From the IMG/VR virus record IMGVR_UViG_3300032086_002413, positions 3,430 through 67,429 of that record: DNA of 64,000 nt, one strand, 5' to 3'. Below the pieces are notes generated by a model. The model had not been told where the DNA came from, did not search any database, and saw only the letters and a list, made by a program, of their open reading frames with translations. Each line of letters starts with the position of its first letter. Positions within the stretch are counted from its first letter, which is position 1. This document shows, piece after piece, positions 47,974 through 55,891 of this stretch. Source of the DNA: a virus. The translations under genes were made by a program, and so were the position numbers.

Positions 47974-48362
47974 TGTATATAGATCAAGACGAGTTTGATA
48001 AAGAAAATAAAAAAGATATGAGTTCACCAAACGCAACACTTAACGCACGTGAGTGGGTACTAATGCACTACGATGTTACTATACACACCGAGTGGAAAGA
48101 GTTTTCTGACTATGTGTATACTATTGAACCTTATTGTACTGCAGATGGCTATGATGTCTACGTGGCTAAATGGGCTAATGAGTCTATACTTATCGAAGAA
48201 AACGTATTCTACTATGATCACGACTTCGAACAATTACTAGCAGATATGCTACCTAATTTCAACAGAGGCGATAAAATATATATATCTGAAGACTGTTTAG
48301 ATCTAGACACCTGTGAGTGGGAAGAATGGAAACAACAAATACAAGAAGAAGAATATGAGTAA
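47970..48362 (+). CDS. Very acidic early protein (possible DNA mimic)
   Basis: 130 aa, extremely D/E- and aromatic-rich. Confidence 0.65.
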   Translation: MMYIDQDEFDKENKKDMSSPNATLNAREWVLMHYDVTIHTEWKEFSDYVYTIEPYCTADGYDVYVAKWANESILIEENVFYYDHDFEQLLADMLPNFNRGDKIYISEDCLDLDTCEWEEWKQQIQEEEYE

Positions 48363-48585
48363 TATGAGCTACTGCATGTGGGAAAACACAAGCAAAGATC
48401 TCTACGATGCTAGAGAAAAAATAGAGTTATATCTATATATGTCACAAGAAGACAGAAACGAGAATTGTCCATCAACTTACGAAGTATCTGCTTTAAAATC
48501 ATTACTAGACGAAGCACGTATGATAGTTGAAATGGAAGAAGATATAGAAGATTTATATAAAGATTTAATTAAAATATCAAGATGA
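48355..48585 (+). CDS. Hypothetical early protein
   Basis: Likely start MSNMSYCMWENT at 48355. Confidence 0.65.
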   Translation: MSNMSYCMWENTSKDLYDAREKIELYLYMSQEDRNENCPSTYEVSALKSLLDEARMIVEMEEDIEDLYKDLIKISR

Positions 48586-48711
48586 CAGAACAAGAGAATA
48601 AAATATACTGGAAAGGCTTTTACGAAGGTTTAAAGCACGCACGCGATTGGTGTAAAAGCAACGAGACTTATATACAAGAAGAAATAGACGAACTAAATGA
48701 AGAATATAACT

Positions 48712-48828
48712 ATGAAGATTAGTAACTGTTGTGGCGCCGGTGATTTGGTTTACGAAGACTACGGTATATGCCCAGATTGTAAAGAACATTGTGAATTTGA
48801 AGACGAAGACTTATGGCAAGAAGATTAG
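48712..48828 (+). CDS. Small zinc-ribbon peptide (38 aa)
   Basis: Read manually: MKISNCCGA...GICPDCKEHCEFEDED. Confidence 0.6.
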   Translation: MKISNCCGAGDLVYEDYGICPDCKEHCEFEDEDLWQED

Positions 48829-49034
48829 TAAAAAATAGAATAACAGACATAACTGCTGAGTTTGACAGCATAAGAGCATTTGGTGATTTTATGTTTCCAT
48901 ATTTAAGCAAAGATCCTCACGACAACTGGTTTTATCAAAACTTAAGCAATATATCTCAAGAAGAATATATAAGGTCTGAAAACAAAGATGATTTAATTTT
49001 TGAGTTTCACGAATACATTATAAGCAAATTATGA
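48813..49034 (+). CDS. Hypothetical early protein
   Basis: 73 aa ORF. Confidence 0.6.
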   Translation: MARRLVKNRITDITAEFDSIRAFGDFMFPYLSKDPHDNWFYQNLSNISQEEYIRSENKDDLIFEFHEYIISKL

Positions 49035-49375
49035 ATATTATAATAAAACATAATGGTGACAAATATGAGCTAGAGTGGCAGTATAAAGACAAATGTTTTA
49101 CTACTGAACACGAAACTAGAGAACAAGCTCTACTGCAAGTAGAAGAAAACAACAAGAATAGAGACATATACGAAGAGAAACAAAAAATACTCAAGAAAAT
49201 GGGTGAACTTGGTAAATCTGATTATATGCGAACTATGCGTAATGCTATAGAAAAAATGCTTGATCCTGTTTACAGACAACGCGAAGCTTCTTTCCGTTGT
49301 GCGACAGCAAATTCTATGGCAGGCTATGAAAAGTATGAATTAAAACAAGTAACAAATAAAATAGTAGAAAAATGA
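49031..49375 (+). CDS. Hypothetical early protein
   Basis: 114 aa, translationally coupled. Confidence 0.65.
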   Translation: MNIIIKHNGDKYELEWQYKDKCFTTEHETREQALLQVEENNKNRDIYEEKQKILKKMGELGKSDYMRTMRNAIEKMLDPVYRQREASFRCATANSMAGYEKYELKQVTNKIVEK

Positions 49376-49758
49376 AACAACATGAAGCATTTGAATTCTT
49401 GCGCAATCTGCCTTATGATCGTAAACCATGTAGTATTGATGATGTACATAGTTATGTAATATTCAATCATTACTCTGTTGCTATACAAGCTATGATCAAG
49501 CGTTTGCCACAGGTAGATATAAAAAGGTTTATTGTAAAAGAAGTAAACAAAGATGTTGATTGGTTTACAGACGCTTTTGAAATGTATAACAAAGTTGATG
49601 CTGCAGGTAGATATATATATGGCCCTCAGTTTTGGCTTACTAACCAAAATAATGATTGGTTCTTGATAAACAATGAAGGTTATAACTATGCCAGATACGT
49701 AGTTAAATTACTAGGTTTCGTCAATGTAGATACGACGCAACATTGCGTGCCTGTGTGA
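49372..49758 (+). CDS. Hypothetical early protein
   Basis: 128 aa, C-terminal INNEGYNYARY motif. Confidence 0.65.
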   Translation: MKQHEAFEFLRNLPYDRKPCSIDDVHSYVIFNHYSVAIQAMIKRLPQVDIKRFIVKEVNKDVDWFTDAFEMYNKVDAAGRYIYGPQFWLTNQNNDWFLINNEGYNYARYVVKLLGFVNVDTTQHCVPV

Positions 49759-49760
49759 TA
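49731..49760 (+). promoter_or_regulatory. Phage bipartite promoter copy 8
   Basis: TACGA-N19-GTGATA(AT), upstream of tRNA-like RNA 3. Confidence 0.7.
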
Positions 49761-49767
49761 ATAATAT

Positions 49768-49870
49768 TGTCCGTGTATTCATAATGTTTAAGTTTAATCC
49801 TGTTTGCAAGCCTGGTGGCATATATTATTTACGGACGTAATATAGAAGGTTCGATTCCTTCAAGCAGACT
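49768..49870 (+). ncRNA. tRNA-like RNA 3
   Basis: GTTTGC/GCAGAC stem, TGG D-loop-like segment, hairpin TATATTA/TAATATA, T-arm GAAGG-TTCGATT-CCTTC; leader GTCCGT complementary to loop ACGGAC. Confidence 0.5.
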
Positions 49871-49887
49871 TAATAAAATAAAATAAA

Positions 49888-50097
49888 ATGCAAATATCAA
49901 AACTCACAAAAAAATACTTCTGTGGTTTACACGAGACTAGAGATCTTGACGAGATGCTAGATCTTGTAGAATCGTGGCTAGATGTACACTATGAACATTA
50001 CGATATATCGTTGAAACAATGGATATACAACAAAGGAACATATGTTAACGAATTTTATGATGCAATAGAATATGGGACGTACAAAAAAACTATTTAA
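49888..50097 (+). CDS. Hypothetical protein
   Basis: 69 aa ORF. Confidence 0.6.
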   Translation: MQISKLTKKYFCGLHETRDLDEMLDLVESWLDVHYEHYDISLKQWIYNKGTYVNEFYDAIEYGTYKKTI

Positions 50098-50162
50098 TCA
50101 CATGAGAGAATCTGAACTGCACAAACAACTACATTTTGAAGAGCAAGAATATTTACACTATG

Positions 50163-50192
50163 TACGATACAAGCAGATAGAAGATCGTGATA
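50163..50192 (+). promoter_or_regulatory. Phage bipartite promoter copy 9
   Basis: TACGA-N19-GTGATA(AT), 16 nt before ATG 50209. Confidence 0.75.
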
Positions 50193-50208
50193 ATAAAAAT
50201 AAACAACA

Positions 50209-50421
50209 ATGAATATTACAGCACAAGTAATCGAGTATGAAACAGGTATGATGAACGAGGTAGACGTAGTCAACTTTTTTGCGCATCTTATCAGAACTAA
50301 GTTAGCGTGGCAATTACAAGGTCATTACGGCCGTACCGCTAGCTCATTTATTCAAGATGGTCTTATAGACGAGTTTGGAAATTTAACACCTAAAACAATT
50401 GACATTTTAAACGCTTACTAA
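50209..50421 (+). CDS. Conserved phage hypothetical protein
   Basis: YETG...FAHLI...AWQLQGHYGRTA motif. Confidence 0.7.
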   Translation: MNITAQVIEYETGMMNEVDVVNFFAHLIRTKLAWQLQGHYGRTASSFIQDGLIDEFGNLTPKTIDILNAY

Positions 50422-50423
50422 TT

Positions 50424-50639
50424 ATGACACAAGAACAATTAAACAATTACTTTGAGATCAACGCCAAAGTATTACGCATGACAAACCTGATCAATAGCTT
50501 TGAGCTATCATACTTTCAAGAAAAAATGCAAGAGAAAATTATTGCACCATTACTTGATGATGGCTTTCAGCAAGACGACGTAGAATTATTTTTTCAAGTA
50601 TTAATAACAGCTGCCTTTGCAGACCAAAAAGTAGAATAA
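50424..50639 (+). CDS. Hypothetical protein
   Basis: 71 aa ORF. Confidence 0.6.
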   Translation: MTQEQLNNYFEINAKVLRMTNLINSFELSYFQEKMQEKIIAPLLDDGFQQDDVELFFQVLITAAFADQKVE

Positions 50640-50643
50640 CAAC

Positions 50644-50910
50644 ATGACAACAACAGAATTACCAAAGTGGTTCGATGGCCACGTAGGCACAAAACACCAA
50701 ACAGTTCACAATCCTTATTCAGGTCAAAAATACAAGCTCAATCCTGAAGAGTTAGCTATGTATGATTATCTGATGGGTTTACAATTTATTATAGAACGCA
50801 AAGGCGGACTGCTTAATCCTAAAACTGCTAAGTGGCAAAAAGAAATGCGCAAAGGCTTAGATTGGTTTCGTAAAGCTAATGCTGAAGCTTATATGGTGTT
50901 ATTAGACTAA
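50644..50910 (+). CDS. Conserved phage hypothetical protein
   Basis: NPYSG...LNPEELAMYD...KGLDWFRK...AYMVLLD. Confidence 0.7.
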   Translation: MTTTELPKWFDGHVGTKHQTVHNPYSGQKYKLNPEELAMYDYLMGLQFIIERKGGLLNPKTAKWQKEMRKGLDWFRKANAEAYMVLLD

Positions 50911-51219
50911 TGACCGAAAAACAACGTAAATATATAATAACAAAGTTCTGTGGCGGCGGCGCTAATATGCCGCCAGCTAAGAACATAGAGATCGAATTTG
51001 TAGAAGGCTACGGCTTTGGCGAAAAAGATCATTTTGGCAAAAAATCAACTTCAATAATTAAACTTAAAAAATGAAAGAAATATTTTCAGCAGGTGTAATG
51101 ATCAATAGTATATACATAACACCTTCACTAGTAGTACTTTACGAAAAAAATAATTACTTAATATTCTCTATAAGATTTATAAAATATTTTATAGACATAA
51201 CTGTATTTGACAAAGAGTA

Positions 51220-51837
51220 ATGAGACTGTTAACACAAAATACAAAGTTAAAGCGGACAAGCAAAATTGAAGGTGAACGCGTACTCAATTTTAGTATTCCC
51301 GCTTACAAGTCAGCTACGGGTAAAATTACTTGCCCGTATGCTGGTCCTTGTAAAGAGTTCTGTTACGCTAAACAGAAATTTTACAAAATGCCTAACGTTA
51401 AAAAATCTCACGAGCAAAAGTTGCTATACACACTTCGCCCAGACTTTGCAGAGCTTATGATAGCCGAGCTAAAGCTAGAAAGACCCACATATGTACGTAT
51501 ACATGACGGCGGTGACTTTTACAGTAAAGAGTATATACACAAGTGGTTTGATGTTATGAATACTATGAAAGATATTAAGTTTTATGCTTATACTAATAGT
51601 ATACGCTTCTTTGAAGCTGATGATGTAAAACCTTTTATACCAGATAATTTTGATCTAATATACTCAACATCCGGTGTCGATGCAGATCGCATTGATTATA
51701 AACGCCACAGGCATGCTAAAATATTTGATAACAAATTAACACTTTGGGAATCAGGCTACGTATCTGCTTCAAAATCAGATCTTAAAGCAACAAGATGGTT
51801 TACAAAAACAAATAAAATAGGTTTAATATTTCACTAA
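51220..51837 (+). CDS. GP88-like protein (Cys cluster, radical-SAM-like fold)
   Basis: TCPYAGPCKEFCYA, VRIHDGGDFYS, FYAYT motifs. Confidence 0.7.
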   Translation: MRLLTQNTKLKRTSKIEGERVLNFSIPAYKSATGKITCPYAGPCKEFCYAKQKFYKMPNVKKSHEQKLLYTLRPDFAELMIAELKLERPTYVRIHDGGDFYSKEYIHKWFDVMNTMKDIKFYAYTNSIRFFEADDVKPFIPDNFDLIYSTSGVDADRIDYKRHRHAKIFDNKLTLWESGYVSASKSDLKATRWFTKTNKIGLIFH

Positions 51838-52277
51838 TGATAGAATTAAAATTACTAGTTGATCTAGTACAAAAAGAGTTTAACATATTAGATATAAGCT
51901 CAAAAAAACGAGGTAGAGATAGAGTACACGCAAGATGGGTTTATTTCAAACTTGCAAGAACATATACTCGTCATTCTTATTCTCTTATAGGCAAAACAGT
52001 AAATAGAGATCATGCTACTGTGCTACATGGTTTAAAATATATCGATGTTGATATGAAAGACAAGCGCTTTTATTACTTGTTAGAGATATATAACAAAATA
52101 GAAAAGTTTTTAATAACAGGCCAAGAGATATTACATGATGAGAATTTAGTAGATTTACGTAGCTTACTTGACAGAATAAAGAAACTAGAAAAAAGAGTAA
52201 GCGTGCTAGAATATGAAAAAAGTCAACATAATAAGGTGGGACAAGATCAAAACGCAATGGCAAATGTTACAAGCTAG
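51837..52277 (+). CDS. DnaA C-terminal (domain IV) HTH protein
   Basis: SKKR-x-R-x-x-V-x-AR...SYSLIG...NRDHATVLHG. Confidence 0.75.
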   Translation: MIELKLLVDLVQKEFNILDISSKKRGRDRVHARWVYFKLARTYTRHSYSLIGKTVNRDHATVLHGLKYIDVDMKDKRFYYLLEIYNKIEKFLITGQEILHDENLVDLRSLLDRIKKLEKRVSVLEYEKSQHNKVGQDQNAMANVTS

Positions 52278-52542
52278 TGCAATAAAAATAATAATAGAAG
52301 AAACTACAAACAACGGTATGGATTTTCACACAACACACACACAGAGAGATATATTTGGTAATGTATCATATTCATTTGAATCAGAGCATGGACAGTCGAA
52401 ATCTAAAGCAGAACTTATAATTGAACGTGTACAGCAATTGCGTGTAGATGAAATAGCGGCTGTTGAAAAAGAAGATTACGAGAAAGCAGCAGAGATAAAA
52501 ACTAAAATAGATATTTTAATTAATTTATATAAGAAAATATAA
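52213..52542 (+). CDS. UVR (UvrB/UvrC motif) protein
   Basis: C-terminal AVEKEDYEKAAEIKTKID; start uncertain. Confidence 0.6.
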   Translation: MKKVNIIRWDKIKTQWQMLQASAIKIIIEETTNNGMDFHTTHTQRDIFGNVSYSFESEHGQSKSKAELIIERVQQLRVDEIAAVEKEDYEKAAEIKTKIDILINLYKKI

Positions 52543-52772
52543 TGAATATAGCGAAAGAAAAAATAACAGTAAATTCAAGCGCAATTATTTCTATACTATA
52601 TAGTTATGATGAAAAAGAACTAACTGTTCAGTTTGTTAATAACAAAAGGTATTTGTTCAAAGAGGTGAACATTAACGATTTTATAAGTCTTAAATATGCT
52701 GAAAGTATAGGGAAATACTTTAATCGTCACATAAAAAACAACTACAACTATGAACTATTACAACAACATTAA
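52542..52772 (+). CDS. KTSC-domain protein
   Basis: VNSSAI...Y...LTVQF...Y-x-F...AESIGKYFNRHIK. Confidence 0.8.
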   Translation: MNIAKEKITVNSSAIISILYSYDEKELTVQFVNNKRYLFKEVNINDFISLKYAESIGKYFNRHIKNNYNYELLQQH

Positions 52773-52977
52773 AGACAAATTAACCACAAGAAAAGCAAAA
52801 CACATAAACTACGTAGTAAAAGAAATATTTGATTTAAGATACTCTATCATAAACATATCATTAGCTTTCGGGAGAGATAAAATGACTGAAGAAACTTTTC
52901 ATAGAAAGATAAAAAACAGAGCATCATTATTAGTAAAAAGAGAAAGATACAGAAGGCGTTTGCGTACTTGGATGTGA
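52750..52977 (+). CDS. Small basic hypothetical protein
   Basis: 75 aa, K/R-rich. Confidence 0.55.
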   Translation: MNYYNNIKDKLTTRKAKHINYVVKEIFDLRYSIINISLAFGRDKMTEETFHRKIKNRASLLVKRERYRRRLRTWM

Positions 52978-53621
52978 GAAATTTTAAATACATAGAGAGA
53001 AACAAAATAATTTACAGGAGAGATCCAATAACAGATATACCAGATGTAGTAACAAAAGATTATGTTTATTTTATAAATGGAACTTATCAGTGTTATGATC
53101 TATTTAGATCAAAAGCATTAATCACAACACACAGGTCATTAGTTTGGCATTTAACTGTTTTGTGGTATCTAAATCCTAACATGACCCTTGATCAGTTTGT
53201 AGATTTATCAGAAAATATAACAAAAAAAGAAAATAATTTTATTACATTTACTATTAACAAGAAAGCTCTCAATGACATTATCAATGTTGTTTACTCGCAA
53301 GATCTTGATAGGCCACCAAAAAACAAGTTAAGAAAAATAATATTTAAAGACACTTGTTTGCTTAGCGTCAACGATAAATTAAAAATAGTTGGCTCTCTAA
53401 TTGGTAAACAAAAGAAAATAGAAGAACAAGATATATACGAAGCTATGATCTTGATAAATGATAAGAGAGAAAAAATAACGATAAGCAAACTAAGTAAAGA
53501 GCTTAACGTAACAACTAGAACAATTTACAGAAACATAAACGAACAATTAAAACAGGAAAAAACCATAATGAACGAAAGCTTAAATGAAAAAGTACAACGT
53601 ACAAAATTACATACGTTATAA
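52968..53621 (+). CDS. HTH DNA-binding protein
   Basis: C-terminal KITISKLSKELNVTTRTIYRNI helix-turn-helix. Confidence 0.65.
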   Translation: MDVRNFKYIERNKIIYRRDPITDIPDVVTKDYVYFINGTYQCYDLFRSKALITTHRSLVWHLTVLWYLNPNMTLDQFVDLSENITKKENNFITFTINKKALNDIINVVYSQDLDRPPKNKLRKIIFKDTCLLSVNDKLKIVGSLIGKQKKIEEQDIYEAMILINDKREKITISKLSKELNVTTRTIYRNINEQLKQEKTIMNESLNEKVQRTKLHTL

Positions 53622-54330
53622 AAAAGACTTAGAACAAGCAACAAAAATTAATGATGCAAAATTTGAAGATCAGGATTTAGTTGTAAAGTATCTACCTTTA
53701 GTAGAATCAATAGCAAGAAGATTCTCTACAGAAGGTAAATATATTGGTATATTAACAATAAATGATTTGATACAAGAAGGAAGTATAGGTTTGATAAACG
53801 GGTTAAAAAATGTAGACCAAGAAATATTAATGAGCTCTATTGATCCAGATGCAACATTACATAGCTTTCTTAGCAAAAGAATAAAAGGAACCATTAGAAG
53901 AGCTATAAACACATATAGAAACAACATGAGAATACCTGAGTCAGAGATGAACAGGTTAAAAAAAAAATCTAAAGAAACAGATTCAGATGAAGAAATAATA
54001 AATCAATTTCTACAAGCTATTTTCTTGCAACTAGATAACACAAATGAAAATGGAGAAAGCTATGCTAATAATGTAGCTTATGAAGAAGACGAATATTTGC
54101 ACAATGATGAGTTAATTAAAATGATAAACCTTTTTTTAAATGACAAAGAGCAAATAGTGGTAAAACGTAGTTTTGGAATAGACTGCGATAAAGCTAAAGC
54201 AAAGGAAATAGCTGTAGAAATAGGTTTAAAAGGCGAAAACTCACAAGTTAGAGTTTCAGAAATAAAAAGAGCCGCTATATTTAAACTTTGTAACAACTTA
54301 AATAAAAATCAATTTATAAAGTTTATGTAA
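53584..54330 (+). CDS. Sigma-70-family RNA polymerase sigma factor
   Basis: Region 2 YLPLVESIARRF...DLIQEGSIGL; region 4 LNDKEQIVVKRSFGI...EIA...RVSEIKRAAIFKL. Confidence 0.85.
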   Translation: MKKYNVQNYIRYKKDLEQATKINDAKFEDQDLVVKYLPLVESIARRFSTEGKYIGILTINDLIQEGSIGLINGLKNVDQEILMSSIDPDATLHSFLSKRIKGTIRRAINTYRNNMRIPESEMNRLKKKSKETDSDEEIINQFLQAIFLQLDNTNENGESYANNVAYEEDEYLHNDELIKMINLFLNDKEQIVVKRSFGIDCDKAKAKEIAVEIGLKGENSQVRVSEIKRAAIFKLCNNLNKNQFIKFM

Positions 54331-54331
54331 A

Positions 54332-54360
54332 TACGACGCGACAACAACAACACAGTGATA
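54332..54360 (+). promoter_or_regulatory. Phage bipartite promoter copy 10 (replication operon)
   Basis: TACGA-N18-GTGATA(AT) between sigma gene and recombination genes. Confidence 0.7.
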
Positions 54361-54384
54361 ATCTATTAAATTAAATTAAATACA

Positions 54385-54795
54385 ATGAGCACAAACAAAG
54401 CAGACATTCTAAACACTTTGTACAAGAAGTACAAACTAACTAAAGAAGACACATTCAAAAGTCCACAAGGATGGACTATTATTACACGATCAGGTATCGA
54501 TAAGATACAAGCTGAAGCTAAAATCGATATTGAATACAATGTTATCGAGTATACCCCAGGTAAATCAGCTGCTGTAAAAGCTATAACAGTATGGAATGAT
54601 CGTCCACTAGAAACATTTGGCGAGGCCAACGAAAAGAACTGTAGACAAAGCTATGTGTTAGCTATGGCTGAGAAGCGTGCTATGTCACGTGTTGTTCTTA
54701 AGCTTACTGGTTTTTACGCTTTAGGTGTCTTCGGACAAGACGAATCAGAAGATTTTGTAGATTCAAGCAAATATGTTAAGAAACAAACTTTATAA
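54385..54795 (+). CDS. Putative ssDNA-annealing/recombination protein
   Basis: IITRSGIDKIQ, ETFGEA, AMAEKRAMSRVVLKL motifs; upstream of exonuclease and SSB. Confidence 0.5.
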   Translation: MSTNKADILNTLYKKYKLTKEDTFKSPQGWTIITRSGIDKIQAEAKIDIEYNVIEYTPGKSAAVKAITVWNDRPLETFGEANEKNCRQSYVLAMAEKRAMSRVVLKLTGFYALGVFGQDESEDFVDSSKYVKKQTL

Positions 54796-55580
54796 TGAAT
54801 AAAAAAGAAATAATTGAAAAGCTTAGAGATGATGAGCAATACTATGGTAAATTTGGAAAACAATACTTTTCATATAGTGACATAAACACTTTGATAAATA
54901 ATCCTGAAGCTTATGGTATACCATCAGTAAACAACATCAACTTTGTGCTTGGCGGTTATTTTCACACTTGCATACTAGAGCCTCACAAGTTAGATAAGTT
55001 TAAAATAATTAAATCTAGTAGCAGAAATACTAAAGCATACAAGGAATTATCTGATGGTGAAATATGCATGTTAGAGCAAGAAGCTGACATGATGCAAGTA
55101 TTAAAAGAAAAAGTTTTAAGTAATGATTTTATAAGAGAGCTTATACAAGATAAAGATGCCGAATACGAAGTGCCAAATATAGGCGAGATTGAAGGTAAAA
55201 CATTCAAGTGTAAAGCTGATATAGTAAATCACAAGCATAAACTTATAATTGATCTTAAAACTACAGGTAAATCTATAGATGAATTTAAGTATTCTGCAAG
55301 AAACTTTTATTATAATTCACAAGCGTATATATATAGTAAAATATTTGGTTATGACTTTGCGTTTGTAGTCGTAACTAAACCGACAATAAAAGCTTATCAA
55401 GAAGCTTTACAGAAAGGCGTAGATCCTATGAGTTTAGTGAAACTAGGATACTTCGACTGTTCTGATGACTTTTTATCATACGGTCTTGACAATATACGTC
55501 AGGCCTTAGATAATTATGAGTTGTATTACAATACACCTAACTTTAAACCTGAAAATTTTATAATCACTAAAACACTTTAA
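54795..55580 (+). CDS. PD-(D/E)XK RecE-like exonuclease
   Basis: FSYSDI, GGYFH-x-x-ILEP, KCKADI, IIDLKTT, YNSQAYIY. Confidence 0.8.
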   Translation: MNKKEIIEKLRDDEQYYGKFGKQYFSYSDINTLINNPEAYGIPSVNNINFVLGGYFHTCILEPHKLDKFKIIKSSSRNTKAYKELSDGEICMLEQEADMMQVLKEKVLSNDFIRELIQDKDAEYEVPNIGEIEGKTFKCKADIVNHKHKLIIDLKTTGKSIDEFKYSARNFYYNSQAYIYSKIFGYDFAFVVVTKPTIKAYQEALQKGVDPMSLVKLGYFDCSDDFLSYGLDNIRQALDNYELYYNTPNFKPENFIITKTL

Positions 55581-55582
55581 TT

Positions 55583-55888
55583 ATGGCAGTTATTATTAAT
55601 GGCTCAATAAACTTGAGCAAAATCCCAAAAGACAAAATCATCGATGGTAAAAAAGGTAAATACTTACCTATAAGTATTACCGTTAATGACGAACTTGACA
55701 ACTTTGGTAATCAAGGTCCTATTACAGTTGCACAAAGCAAAGAAGAGAGAGAAAGTAAAACCGAAAAAGTATTCTTAGGAAATATCAGTGTTGCTTGGAC
55801 TAACAATAAAATAGAAAAATTAGATAAACAACAAACATCTACACCTGTAACAGCTCAAGCAAGCAGCGATACAGATTTACCGTTTTAA
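55583..55888 (+). CDS. Single-stranded DNA-binding protein
   Basis: GKKGKYL OB-like core and acidic C-terminal DTDLPF tail. Confidence 0.7.
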   Translation: MAVIINGSINLSKIPKDKIIDGKKGKYLPISITVNDELDNFGNQGPITVAQSKEERESKTEKVFLGNISVAWTNNKIEKLDKQQTSTPVTAQASSDTDLPF

Positions 55889-55891
55889 TTT

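Noticed and set aside
46863-49870. Canonical tRNA genes or tmRNA
   Set aside because: No 7-nt anticodon loop, no CCA, wrong lengths and no tag ORF; kept as tRNA-like ncRNAs
44077-54360. CRISPR-like array from the recurring CGA/GTGATA motif
   Set aside because: Copies are short, bipartite, irregularly spaced and separated by genes; no cas genes
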